Shown here piece by piece: positions 1-8,961 of a DNA stretch of 64,000 bases. Source of the DNA: Oceanispirochaeta sp. (GTDB taxonomy: Bacteria; Spirochaetota; Spirochaetia; DSM-2461); the NCBI GenBank assembly GCA_963663385.2, contig CAXXXD010000001.1:192001-256000 (forward strand). The letters are read 5' to 3'. Position 1 is the first letter of the stretch. Every line of letters begins with the position of its first letter. Below the pieces are notes generated by a model, which saw only the letters and a list, made by a program, of their open reading frames with translations, searched no databases and was not told the DNA's origin. Made by a program: the position numbers and the translations under genes.

Positions 1-1247
1 TGTTGTACTGAGTATGTACTGTTTCCATAAAAGAAACCTGGATCTACATCAATCAAAGCTCCTGCATTATCATCCCATCCATCAAATCTCCAGAGACACC
101 GCCTGCTGCTGCCGTCATCCAAAGTAACAAATATGTAAATTTTGTTATTCAGATAGTCACAAGTCATTGCATGTATATCATTAAAAGAAACTGAAGTACC
201 ATGATTTGCATTAAATACATCTGTCAGGTTTTTTGTTACTTCATTGGTATTTGACATCTCCTGATTTCTATAAAGAACATACCCATTGGATCCACCGCCA
301 TAAGCAGAAATATAATAGAAAATATACGGATCCAGATTCTTTACTGTCATGGCTGCAAGAGATTCTTCTGTTGAATAAATAGTTTTATCCAGAAACATAC
401 TATTATAACTCAGGCGCACCTCGAAGGCATTTCCTGAAGAATAATTACTGTTCTGATAACTTACTCGGCCATTGGAATCCGAAACACCAGATGCTCCCTC
501 TATAGGCAAACCTGTTACTGTATCAAAAACTTCAAAGGACGTCCCCGGCAGCGGATACAATTCACACCCCACCAGAAAATCCAGATAAATCTCATGAGAT
601 GCCTTCAAAGTAAAATTCTCATGGTTTTGAAGAAGAGCCAGATTTGTCCGGGTCATATCGTAGTGATCCCCGCCTACATCGACGGAAAATACATTCACAT
701 TGGAAGGATTCGCTGTCGAAACGGTCATGGAGAACTTGCCGGAAGCATCGGACGTTATGGGCTCGCCGCCCTTAACCAGAATGGTTGTACCGGGCAGAAG
801 ATTATTATCCTTGTCATAAAGGGTTCCGGAAACCGTATAGTCAATTGCCTCCATAATCATGGTTCCCGTAGAGTTGGCCCCTTCGACAATATCTATGGTT
901 TTGGTAGCCTCAGTCAGAATCAGATCATACTCGTCTATGCCGAGGGTAACCTTGACAACGACGTTACTGGCGACAGTAAGATCATCCACCTGTATGGTCA
1001 TCTCAGAATCTTCATTCCGGGGAAAGGTTGCCGTATCAACGAAACCATCGGGATAAGTAAGGGAGACCGTCAGCTCATCCGCTTCCGAATGGATCAGACG
1101 GGATGAATCCGATCCTTCAGTTTCGGGAAACCGGACTTTCATCTGCAGATAGGTCCCGTCTGATGTGGTCAAACCGAGGTCCCGCCCGCAGCCTGTTAGA
1201 GATAAGAGGAGAATAAGGGCCGAAAAAGCCCGGAGAATCACTTTCAT
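1..1247 (-). CDS. Surface lipoprotein, paralog of the 2255..4204 gene; 3' end runs off the window
   Basis: Hand translation from ATG at 1247 (SD AGGAAGG upstream) gives MKVILRAFSALILLLSLTG-C-GRDLGLTTSDGTYLQM..., open to base 1 (...FFYGNSTYSVQ). Lipobox LTGC. Shared blocks with the neighbour: DGTYL, SRLIHS, LTYPDG, YDL.LT, EGANS, EIYLDF. Not in the ORF track because it is truncated. Confidence 0.88.
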   Translation of the reverse strand, partial: MKVILRAFSALILLLSLTGCGRDLGLTTSDGTYLQMKVRFPETEGSDSSRLIHSEADELTVSLTYPDGFVDTATFPRNEDSEMTIQVDDLTVASNVVVKVTLGIDEYDLILTEATKTIDIVEGANSTGTMIMEAIDYTVSGTLYDKDNNLLPGTTILVKGGEPITSDASGKFSMTVSTANPSNVNVFSVDVGGDHYDMTRTNLALLQNHENFTLKASHEIYLDFLVGCELYPLPGTSFEVFDTVTGLPIEGASGVSDSNGRVSYQNSNYSSGNAFEVRLSYNSMFLDKTIYSTEESLAAMTVKNLDPYIFYYISAYGGGSNGYVLYRNQEMSNTNEVTKNLTDVFNANHGTSVSFNDIHAMTCDYLNNKIYIFVTLDDGSSRRCLWRFDGWDDNAGALIDVDPGFFYGNSTYSVQ

Positions 1248-1343
1248 AAAATTCCTTCCTGTAGAGAAATACAGAATAATAATACTGCAAGTTTCATTTT
1301 TACAAAAGATTTTTGGTGAAAAAGATAGCTATTTTATACAGAT

Positions 1344-2234
1344 TTACAGAATTTCCATTATCCGTTCTATCAATATATCGGCTCCGTCAAAAGGACCGGA
1401 ATAATCCCGATTGGTTTCATAACGCCAGACCGGGCTTTCGAAGGCCCTTTCGACAGGGATATAAACGGCAGGCAGGTTATAGAAACGGGTTTCGTAGAAA
1501 AAGTTATACCCGCAGGCACCGACGGCCAGATCCACACCGGAAAGGTAGTGGGAGAGAGGGAAGAGCCTGTCCGCGGCTTCGTTAATATTGCTCAAACTGC
1601 GCAGTTCATACTCATCGGGATCATAATCGGCCTGCCTTGTAAACTCTTCTATCTCCCCGGGCAGGCCGTTATGGGCGACCAGGAGCAGTTTCCTATTATC
1701 CGGAACATTCAGCACGTTTCGGATAATTCCGGGAGGTTTGATATCCTCTCCGGTCACACCGATTACCGGAGGCAGGCTTTCTGTTCCGGGGACCAGGAAG
1801 CCCGGTTCCATGGTGAAACTCAGATCATACTGACCGGGGTCGAACACCCGGACTGTCCCGTCGGGGAGCACGGGTGTTTTCAGCCAGGGCGGTTTAACAT
1901 GGCGGAAGAATATCACCTTTACCGCTTTAAAGTCTTCCAGGATAAAAGACAGGGGAAACCAGAGGTGGTCCACCAGAATCACATCCGGTTCTATCTGCTG
2001 AAGGAACTGATAGAGCATGGTGTCTCTTGGATTATCGAAAGCTTTCTGCGGTTCCAGCTTAAAGCGGACTATCTCCAGGGTCGTATCATCCAGAGGAACG
2101 GGCAGAGTTGTACTGGTCATAAGAAAAAAAGAGAAATGGTCTTTCAATTTCCGTTTATAAGCCTGCCAGAGGGCGAGTCCGCAGAAGAGGTGCCCGCCCC
2201 CCTTTCCGAAATGAACAGATGCGATTTTAAGCAA
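1344..2234 (-). CDS. Putative GT-B-fold glycosyltransferase (GT28/PseG-like)
   Basis: N-terminal GxGH-type motif (GKGGGH), PDVILVD, and C-terminal DLAVGACGYNFFYE resembling the GT-B nucleotide-sugar-binding segment. TTG start with SD AAGGAAGG. Confidence 0.6.
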   Translation of the reverse strand: MLKIASVHFGKGGGHLFCGLALWQAYKRKLKDHFSFFLMTSTTLPVPLDDTTLEIVRFKLEPQKAFDNPRDTMLYQFLQQIEPDVILVDHLWFPLSFILEDFKAVKVIFFRHVKPPWLKTPVLPDGTVRVFDPGQYDLSFTMEPGFLVPGTESLPPVIGVTGEDIKPPGIIRNVLNVPDNRKLLLVAHNGLPGEIEEFTRQADYDPDEYELRSLSNINEAADRLFPLSHYLSGVDLAVGACGYNFFYETRFYNLPAVYIPVERAFESPVWRYETNRDYSGPFDGADILIERIMEIL

Positions 2235-2254
2235 AAAACCTTCCTTGTACTCTA

Positions 2255-4204
2255 TCAGAGAGACGCACCGCTGGATTCATAGTAGTAATAATAGTACTGC
2301 ACCTCTCCGCTGCCGTCCAGGAGGTATTCATAGCTGTCTCCCGCTCCCGGAATACTGGTGGGGGTATCCATTTCAATCAGGAAGTTATTACCTCCGGACA
2401 CTTCCTCTACAAAGTAGAACCTGTTATTAGGCAGAACAGCCAGGGGGATGACATAATCCAGAGCATCGCTGTCCGGACTCTGCGACAGAGGGGTTCCCAC
2501 AACATCCCAGGTCGTTCCCGAACCGTCGAGGATAATGATTTCACCACCCGTCGACAGGCTATCCACAAAATCAGCCATAACAATCTGAGAATTCCACTCA
2601 TAGAGCCCCAGAGAGTACTCATAATTATAATAATACAGATATACATCCATCAAACCGGCCTGTCTGTCGGGGAAGGCATCATAGCCGGCAGGGATCGATG
2701 CCACTTCACTGAAACTGCCATCCGATAATAACTGCCAGACGGCAACGGTGTTTGCCGTGTCACCCGACGGCAGGATACTCCTGTCTACTCCCAAAACCTG
2801 AATTGTTCCATCGGATCGTTCAACAACACCATTTGATACAAATCCAAACTCAGATAAAGTTTCCCAGACACGGACAATAGAGCCGGAAACCACATCGCAC
2901 TGGAAGGTCCCGTATGTTGCAGCGACCAGGACATTTCCGTTAGACATAACCGCCATCTGGGGAATGGAGTAGGCACTGGAAGGAGACTGGATTCCTGTAA
3001 GCGTGAAGACATCTGTCACATCGATCAGATCCGGTGATGAATCGGTCCAGCCGTCATATACCAGCAGAGCGGAATAGTAGTTTGCCAAAACGCCATAATT
3101 GACATAGACAATGATCCGGCCGTTCACATAGTCCACAACCATATTGGATATCCGGATAAGATTGGAATTCGCAATATTTGTCTCTATATAATTCTCTATA
3201 TCGATCAAAGCCTCATTGGTCCCTGCTATATCTTCCATCCGGACAATATCATAATAGGGTCCGCCCATATCATTCGGATTCGAATCGGAATAGATTATAT
3301 AGGGCTGCAGGGTCATATCACTGATAAAGGCCCCCGGGGTTCCCGGCGTGATTGTCTCGGCAGGAACAAACACACCCTTGTAACTGACACTGACAGTATG
3401 CTCTCCCGTACCGGTTAACCCGGTTGTCTGCTGGTAGACAATCTGCCCCAGAGCATCGGCCGTACCGCTGGCCACTTCGGTCACACCCCCTTCCAGAACA
3501 CTCCAGGAAGCGCCGGCCAGGGGATACTGGTCACAGCTTACCATAAAATCCAGATAGATCTCCGGTGCCGTCTTCAGGGTAAAATCATCCCAGTCCTGCA
3601 GCAGGGCCAGATGGGTCCGTACAAAATCGAAGGTATCCCCGTTTACAACACGGATCATCTTCAGATCGTCAAGGTTTTCCGTATTGACGGCAAGGGTGAA
3701 ATTCCCGCCGGCATCGGTTGTGACATTAGCACCGTCCACGGTAAAAGTATTATTCGGAATGGGCTGATCGCTGCCGTCCACCAGGGTTCCCGATACGGTC
3801 AGATCATATACCTCCAGAGTCAGGGAAACAGAATTGGCCCCTTCTGTAATATCTTTCGTCCGGGATGCTTTAGTCAAAACCAGATCATAGGCGGCAATCC
3901 CCATGGTTACTTCGATGACCACTCCCGAAGCAACATCCAGATCCTCCACCTGCACGGTCATAATGGACTCTTCGTTTCTGGTGAACTCCGCTTCATAATA
4001 GGAGCCGTCGGGATAGGTCAGTTTAATTTTCAATTCATCTGATTGGGAATGAATCAGTCGGGAGCGCTCGGAGTTTCCGGACTCGGGGAACTGGAGAGTC
4101 ATGTTCAGGTATGTGCCGTCGGGATCGATTATCCCGTACTCTCTGGCGCAGCCGGCCAATACAAAAAGGATCAGAAGAATTATTCCCATCTTCTCTCTTT
4201 TCAT
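2255..4204 (-). CDS. Large acidic surface lipoprotein (beta-sandwich N-half, probable beta-propeller C-half)
   Basis: Likely start ATG 4204 (MKREKMGIILLILFVLAG-C, lipobox LAGC). VSGTLVD..PI..TTDAGGNF resembles carboxypeptidase-regulatory/Cna-B-like sandwich domains. C-half is beta-rich and Tyr-rich. Confidence 0.8.
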   Translation of the reverse strand: MKREKMGIILLILFVLAGCAREYGIIDPDGTYLNMTLQFPESGNSERSRLIHSQSDELKIKLTYPDGSYYEAEFTRNEESIMTVQVEDLDVASGVVIEVTMGIAAYDLVLTKASRTKDITEGANSVSLTLEVYDLTVSGTLVDGSDQPIPNNTFTVDGANVTTDAGGNFTLAVNTENLDDLKMIRVVNGDTFDFVRTHLALLQDWDDFTLKTAPEIYLDFMVSCDQYPLAGASWSVLEGGVTEVASGTADALGQIVYQQTTGLTGTGEHTVSVSYKGVFVPAETITPGTPGAFISDMTLQPYIIYSDSNPNDMGGPYYDIVRMEDIAGTNEALIDIENYIETNIANSNLIRISNMVVDYVNGRIIVYVNYGVLANYYSALLVYDGWTDSSPDLIDVTDVFTLTGIQSPSSAYSIPQMAVMSNGNVLVAATYGTFQCDVVSGSIVRVWETLSEFGFVSNGVVERSDGTIQVLGVDRSILPSGDTANTVAVWQLLSDGSFSEVASIPAGYDAFPDRQAGLMDVYLYYYNYEYSLGLYEWNSQIVMADFVDSLSTGGEIIILDGSGTTWDVVGTPLSQSPDSDALDYVIPLAVLPNNRFYFVEEVSGGNNFLIEMDTPTSIPGAGDSYEYLLDGSGEVQYYYYYYESSGASL

Positions 4205-4297
4205 AATCAGCCTGCCTGTCAAAACATACTACTTTAAGCATACTACATTTTTATTCAGATTTCCGTTAATATGACCTAAACTTCATACAGGAGTATA

Positions 4298-5521
4298 TTG
4301 AATTTGACAAACCCCTTCCGGAACATCAGAAACGACTTTCCCATCCTGAATCAGAGCAGTTCTTCCAGAGTGATCTACCTGGACAATGCCGCCACAACTC
4401 ATAAACCCCAGGCCGTTCTGGATGCGATTACAGGTTATTACTCAAGCTGCAACGCCAATGTGTTCCGGGCCATCCATCAGTGGGGAGAGGAGTCCACCCG
4501 GCAGTATGAAGAAGCCCGGAGGAAGGTCTGCCGTTTTATAGGCGCATCGGATTCCGCGGAAATTATTTTTACTTCCGGAACCACTGACGCCATCAATCTG
4601 GCAGCGGACTCCTTCTGCCGCAGGTATTTAACGGAAGGGAACGAAATTCTCCTCACCGAAATGGAACATCACAGCAACATTGTTCCCTGGCAGCTGGCTG
4701 CCGAAAAATACGGGTGCGTTTTAAAGTATATCCCCGTTACCCAAACAGGAGAACTGGACCTAAAAGCTCTGGAAACACTATGGAGTAAAAAGACGAAGCT
4801 TCTGACCGTATGCCATATGTCCAACCTCCTGGGAACAGTCAATGACGTAAAGGATATAATACGGAAGGCCCACTCCCGGGGGATTCCCGTTCTTCTGGAT
4901 GCCGCCCAGAGCGTTCCCCATATGCCGGTGAATGTGCAGGATCTGGACTGTGATTTTATGGCTTTTTCCGGTCATAAAATGTGCGGCCCCACGGGGACAG
5001 GTGTTCTATACGGAAAAAGAGAGTACCTGGAAGAACTCCCCCCCTGGAAGGGCGGCGGAGAAATGATACGGAACGTTTTCCCGGACCATAGCGAATGGAA
5101 CAGCCTCCCCCACAAATTTGAAGCGGGAACACCCAATATTGCCGGGGCGATCGGACTGGGGGCGGCTGTGGATTATCTGGCACAGCTGGGAATGGTAAAC
5201 ATCCGGCAGAGGGAAGAGGCCCTTACCCGAAAGCTGTTGGAGGGCCTGCAGTCCATCCCGGAAATAACAGTTGTCGGAAGCCCGGAAATACGAGGAGGAA
5301 TTGTCTCTTTTCTCAGACAGGGATCCCACGCTCATGACCTGACCCAGTATATGGACAGCCGGGGGGTTGCCCTGAGAGCCGGGCATCACTGCGCCCATAT
5401 CCTGGCCAGGAAAATGGGCGCCCGGTCCACCTCCCGGGCCAGCCTCTACTTTTACAACACGGAAGAGGATATAGATGTTTTTTTAAAAGAACTGGAAAAC
5501 GCCGGGGAGCACCTTATTTAG
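4298..5521 (+). CDS. sufS: Cysteine desulfurase, SufS (group II)
   Basis: YLDNAAT, FSGHK (PLP lysine), EAGTP, RAGHHCA (group II catalytic Cys). SD AGGAG before TTG. Confidence 0.95.
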   Translation: MNLTNPFRNIRNDFPILNQSSSSRVIYLDNAATTHKPQAVLDAITGYYSSCNANVFRAIHQWGEESTRQYEEARRKVCRFIGASDSAEIIFTSGTTDAINLAADSFCRRYLTEGNEILLTEMEHHSNIVPWQLAAEKYGCVLKYIPVTQTGELDLKALETLWSKKTKLLTVCHMSNLLGTVNDVKDIIRKAHSRGIPVLLDAAQSVPHMPVNVQDLDCDFMAFSGHKMCGPTGTGVLYGKREYLEELPPWKGGGEMIRNVFPDHSEWNSLPHKFEAGTPNIAGAIGLGAAVDYLAQLGMVNIRQREEALTRKLLEGLQSIPEITVVGSPEIRGGIVSFLRQGSHAHDLTQYMDSRGVALRAGHHCAHILARKMGARSTSRASLYFYNTEEDIDVFLKELENAGEHLI

Positions 5522-6575
5522 AAGGGAAAGTCAGATGAAAAACCATTCCCTTATCCGAACGGAATTGAGCCGTTCCCCCTATCTGTGCGGTTAAGGAAGA
5601 AATAAGCTTCATCCCCAGGCCATTTCCCTTTGAAGATTCCATGCGACCCCCCTCTTCAATCCCGGTGCCGTTATCACGGATTATGATCTGATACTGATCA
5701 TTATCAAGAGCCAGATCAAACGTGATCTGCGGGAAATCAACACCTTTAAAGGCATATTTTATACTATTGATAATAACTTCATGAACAATTAATCCCAGAT
5801 AAATTACCCTGTCACTGATAACGGGGTGATCCCCCGCAGGCCAGCAGGTTTTCAGATGAACACCGCCTTTACCTGCCCCGGTCAATATATTTTCCAGAAG
5901 GACGGAAAGGTAATCCTTCAAATCGATATAATTCGAGTTTCCCTCCCGATAGAGCTGTTCATGTACCAGCGAGATGGAAAAAACCCGCTGACTCAGCTTC
6001 CTGCACTCCTCCCGAAAGAGCGGGTCATCGACCCGGTTTACATGCAGCTGAATCAGACTCTTTATAATGTTGAGATTATTCCTTACCCTGTGATTCACTT
6101 CCTGAAGCAGGATCTCCTTATCCGCCAGAGTACGCCGGAGCTTCTCCTCGGTTATCCGACGTTTATGAATTTCCCTGTTCAGCTTGTCAAAATAATCGCT
6201 CAAATACCCCATTACAAGACCAACCAGGATACCGGAAGCTTCTGCAACAACCAGACTGGCAGGAGCATATTCGGGATGCCCCATTATATGGAAGGCCAGA
6301 AGGTTAAGGGGAAGTCCCAGAGAACCGGCGATAAACCCTCCCGCCAGGCCATAACAGATTGTCACACTAATGATAGGCAGGAGAATGAAATAATTACTGG
6401 AAATCTTTAGGGAATTTCCCCAAATCAGTAGTATACTAATGTACACGGCCAGTGACAGACAAATCGAGATGAACTTGTTCCTTCCGATATATTGTCTATG
6501 GAGCATTGCCAGAAAATTATCCAGAGGTGTAAGATAACGTTCCAGGGCATAGGATCGGCTCTGTTTAAAAAACAT
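5514..6575 (-). CDS. Membrane sensor histidine kinase, HisKA_2 (PdtaS-like) type
   Basis: H-box EVNHRVRNNL, N-box EVIINSIKYAF, G1 DNGTG, G2 GLGM. About 4 hydrophobic N-terminal segments. Confidence 0.9.
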   Translation of the reverse strand: MFFKQSRSYALERYLTPLDNFLAMLHRQYIGRNKFISICLSLAVYISILLIWGNSLKISSNYFILLPIISVTICYGLAGGFIAGSLGLPLNLLAFHIMGHPEYAPASLVVAEASGILVGLVMGYLSDYFDKLNREIHKRRITEEKLRRTLADKEILLQEVNHRVRNNLNIIKSLIQLHVNRVDDPLFREECRKLSQRVFSISLVHEQLYREGNSNYIDLKDYLSVLLENILTGAGKGGVHLKTCWPAGDHPVISDRVIYLGLIVHEVIINSIKYAFKGVDFPQITFDLALDNDQYQIIIRDNGTGIEEGGRMESSKGNGLGMKLISSLTAQIGGTAQFRSDKGMVFHLTFPSK

Positions 6576-6630
6576 AGGTATAATATAACTTAATTAAAAA
6601 TGTTTTACAAAATAATTATGGAGAGGAAGA

Positions 6631-7005
6631 ATGCCCCAGAAGAAAATCCTCATTGTAGAAGATGAACCTATCATTGCGATGGAACTTCAGGAGTCGTTAC
6701 AGGCTGCGGGATACCTGGTTCCGGAAATTGTCCGCAATGCGGATGATGTCCTTACCAGCGTAATGAAAAACAATCCCGATCTCATCATTATGGATATATA
6801 TCTGAAAAGCTTTATTGATGGAATCGATGCCGCCCAGAGGGTCAAGATGATAAAGCATGTACCGGTAATCTTCCTGACAGCCTACCCGAACGAAACAATC
6901 AGAAAGAAGGCGATGGGGATCAATCCCGATGCTTATCTTCTCAAGCCTGTTCAGGACGAAGAACTCCATCAGAATGTTGAAGATGTTCTGAAAAAGTATG
7001 CCTGA
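6631..7005 (+). CDS. Single-domain response regulator (receiver only)
   Basis: ILIVEDE, DLIIMDI, IFLTA, YLLKP. 124 aa with no output domain. Confidence 0.93.
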   Translation: MPQKKILIVEDEPIIAMELQESLQAAGYLVPEIVRNADDVLTSVMKNNPDLIIMDIYLKSFIDGIDAAQRVKMIKHVPVIFLTAYPNETIRKKAMGINPDAYLLKPVQDEELHQNVEDVLKKYA

Positions 7006-7025
7006 TAAAAACCTGTGAGGCCTTA

Positions 7026-7451
7026 ATGCATTTTAAAGAAAGTCATAAAAAAATCATTCTTGATCACTACAGAAACCCCCGACACAAAAAAGAACTTGCG
7101 GAATCCGAGCAGGATTCTGTTCTGGACAACCCTTCCTGCGGTGACCGTGTAGCCCTGCAGATCCGAGAAGAGAATGGCATCATCAGGGAACTGAACTTTG
7201 ATGGAGAAGGATGCTCTCTCAGCATGGCCTCCGCATCAATACTGACAGACCTGATATCAGGGAAGCCCCTTGATGAAGCCAGGTCAATCTGCTCCCGTAT
7301 CCTGAGAGTTTTCCGGGGGGATGAACCGGCATCCGTATTGAATGATTTCGGAGATATCGCCGCCTTTGAAGAACTCACCCTGTATCCGGTTCGCCTTAAG
7401 TGCGCAACCCTTGCCTGGGAAACCCTGGAGCAGCTTTGGAAAATGCCATAA
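7026..7451 (+). CDS. sufU: Fe-S assembly sulfur-transfer protein SufU
   Basis: ILDHYRNP, NPSCGD, GCSLSMAS, RLKCATLAW. Three conserved Cys with the SufU-type insert. Confidence 0.92.
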   Translation: MHFKESHKKIILDHYRNPRHKKELAESEQDSVLDNPSCGDRVALQIREENGIIRELNFDGEGCSLSMASASILTDLISGKPLDEARSICSRILRVFRGDEPASVLNDFGDIAAFEELTLYPVRLKCATLAWETLEQLWKMP

Positions 7452-8923
7452 TCCCGGTTCTTCTCAGCCACCCGGTATTGACGACGGCTGGAATTATGAC
7501 CGGGATATCCCTTCTGATTATCCCCCTGTCCATCCGTTATATTATTACCCCGTTAATCCTTCTCAGCGTATCCCGTCGTTACCGTTCAAAAAAACGTTCA
7601 AAAGATGAGTTGTGGATGGAAGGAGAGAGCCGGAAACTGGCAGACAGGATGTATGGAAGAATCAGGAGCATTCTCTATCACTCGGAATCCTTTCAGCTTT
7701 CAACGGATCTTAAGAGTCTGCTGGGAATCCTTATCCCTGCCGGAGAGGGAGAGGATGTCCTTGAATCCCTGCGGTTTGATTTTTCTCCCGTACGGTTTCT
7801 GGAAACCCTCCTGTTCGCCTATGAGGATCTGCACCTGGAAGCGGAAAAGCGCTTTCTACTCCGTTATCTTTTGAAAAGACGGATAAAATGGTTCAAACCT
7901 TTTCAGGGCGGAATGAAGTTCCAGCGAATGATAAACAGTATCCCTGTTATAGACTTTTTCAACAAAAAAGGTCTTTTCACCCAGGTATTCAGGCTGATTC
8001 TTATTCCGCTTATCGGTCTTCCGGGAATCCTGCTATATACCCTGCGGTCCATCACGATCCGGGGAATATGGGCCGGTTTAATCCGATACTACTATACCCA
8101 CTTCCTTTTCAGGGCGGGCCACTACCTTATCTATCTCTATGGCGGCAATACCGTAGCCCTGATGGAAAGGCGCAAGAAATTCTCACGCAGTGAGATAGTC
8201 AGAAAAGGGCTCCATTACGACAGGGAACTTTCCCTGCTGCCCGACCCTGAGATTAAACCGGAAACCCTTACCGAGATGCTGAGTACCTACGAACAGATTA
8301 TGACCGATGCCGGGTTTGCCCACGATCCGATCTATACCCTGAAAGAGCAGCCCCGGAATATTGGTCACGGACTCAGGAGGCAGGTAAAGGGAATGTTCAG
8401 ACGGACCCTTTCCGCACTTAATCACCAGTTCACCGAAAAAGAAGAGAACCAGGGGATGCGGGAAACTGCACTCCGGCTGCTTCTGGAACTCCCGGGTAAA
8501 AGGTATCCCGGCAGAAAGGACCCCTGGATGAATTACAGGATTATTCAGGGATTAAATGTATCCTACCGCCTTCTGATGATCAGTCTCAGCCGGGTTTATT
8601 CCAATGCCCCCGGCAGTCACTTTGCCATGGAGCGGGTATCTGTCGATCTTATCCGGCAGGCAAGGGAATTCAGCAGACAGCCTCTGATAGCCCTCCTGTC
8701 CAGGACAGGCAGGAACTCCTATAAAGCAATCAAACCCCTCCTGCACCTGAGAAAACTCAACCGTTTAAGAAGCAGAACGACTCCAATGGGAGTGGCCACA
8801 CTCAGCATGCCCCTTCTGGGGAAACTGATCCAGGATCGATGGAAGGAACTGATCCTCTATCGCCTGGGAAGGGCTGTTATCCGTTATTCCATTTTTGAAG
8901 AGGAAACCCGCTCGCTCCCCTGA
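7400..8923 (+). CDS. Hypothetical basic membrane-associated protein (start possibly TTG near 7436)
   Basis: 507-aa ORF overlapping the sufU end, with hydrophobic segments near the N-terminus and middle. No recognised family. Confidence 0.7.
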   Translation: MRNPCLGNPGAALENAIIPVLLSHPVLTTAGIMTGISLLIIPLSIRYIITPLILLSVSRRYRSKKRSKDELWMEGESRKLADRMYGRIRSILYHSESFQLSTDLKSLLGILIPAGEGEDVLESLRFDFSPVRFLETLLFAYEDLHLEAEKRFLLRYLLKRRIKWFKPFQGGMKFQRMINSIPVIDFFNKKGLFTQVFRLILIPLIGLPGILLYTLRSITIRGIWAGLIRYYYTHFLFRAGHYLIYLYGGNTVALMERRKKFSRSEIVRKGLHYDRELSLLPDPEIKPETLTEMLSTYEQIMTDAGFAHDPIYTLKEQPRNIGHGLRRQVKGMFRRTLSALNHQFTEKEENQGMRETALRLLLELPGKRYPGRKDPWMNYRIIQGLNVSYRLLMISLSRVYSNAPGSHFAMERVSVDLIRQAREFSRQPLIALLSRTGRNSYKAIKPLLHLRKLNRLRSRTTPMGVATLSMPLLGKLIQDRWKELILYRLGRAVIRYSIFEEETRSLP

Positions 8924-8924
8924 C

Positions 8925-8953
8925 TTCACACAGAGGGCTATCCCCGTTACAAT
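8925..8953 (+). promoter_or_regulatory. Sigma70-type promoter, likely leaderless
   Basis: TTCACA(8925-30)-17 bp-TACAAT(8948-53). ATG lies 8 nt downstream with no SD. Confidence 0.55.
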
Positions 8954-8961
8954 TATCAGCT

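Noticed and set aside
594..1106. Plus-strand 170-aa ORF
   Set aside because: Antisense to the real minus-strand lipoprotein 1..1247.
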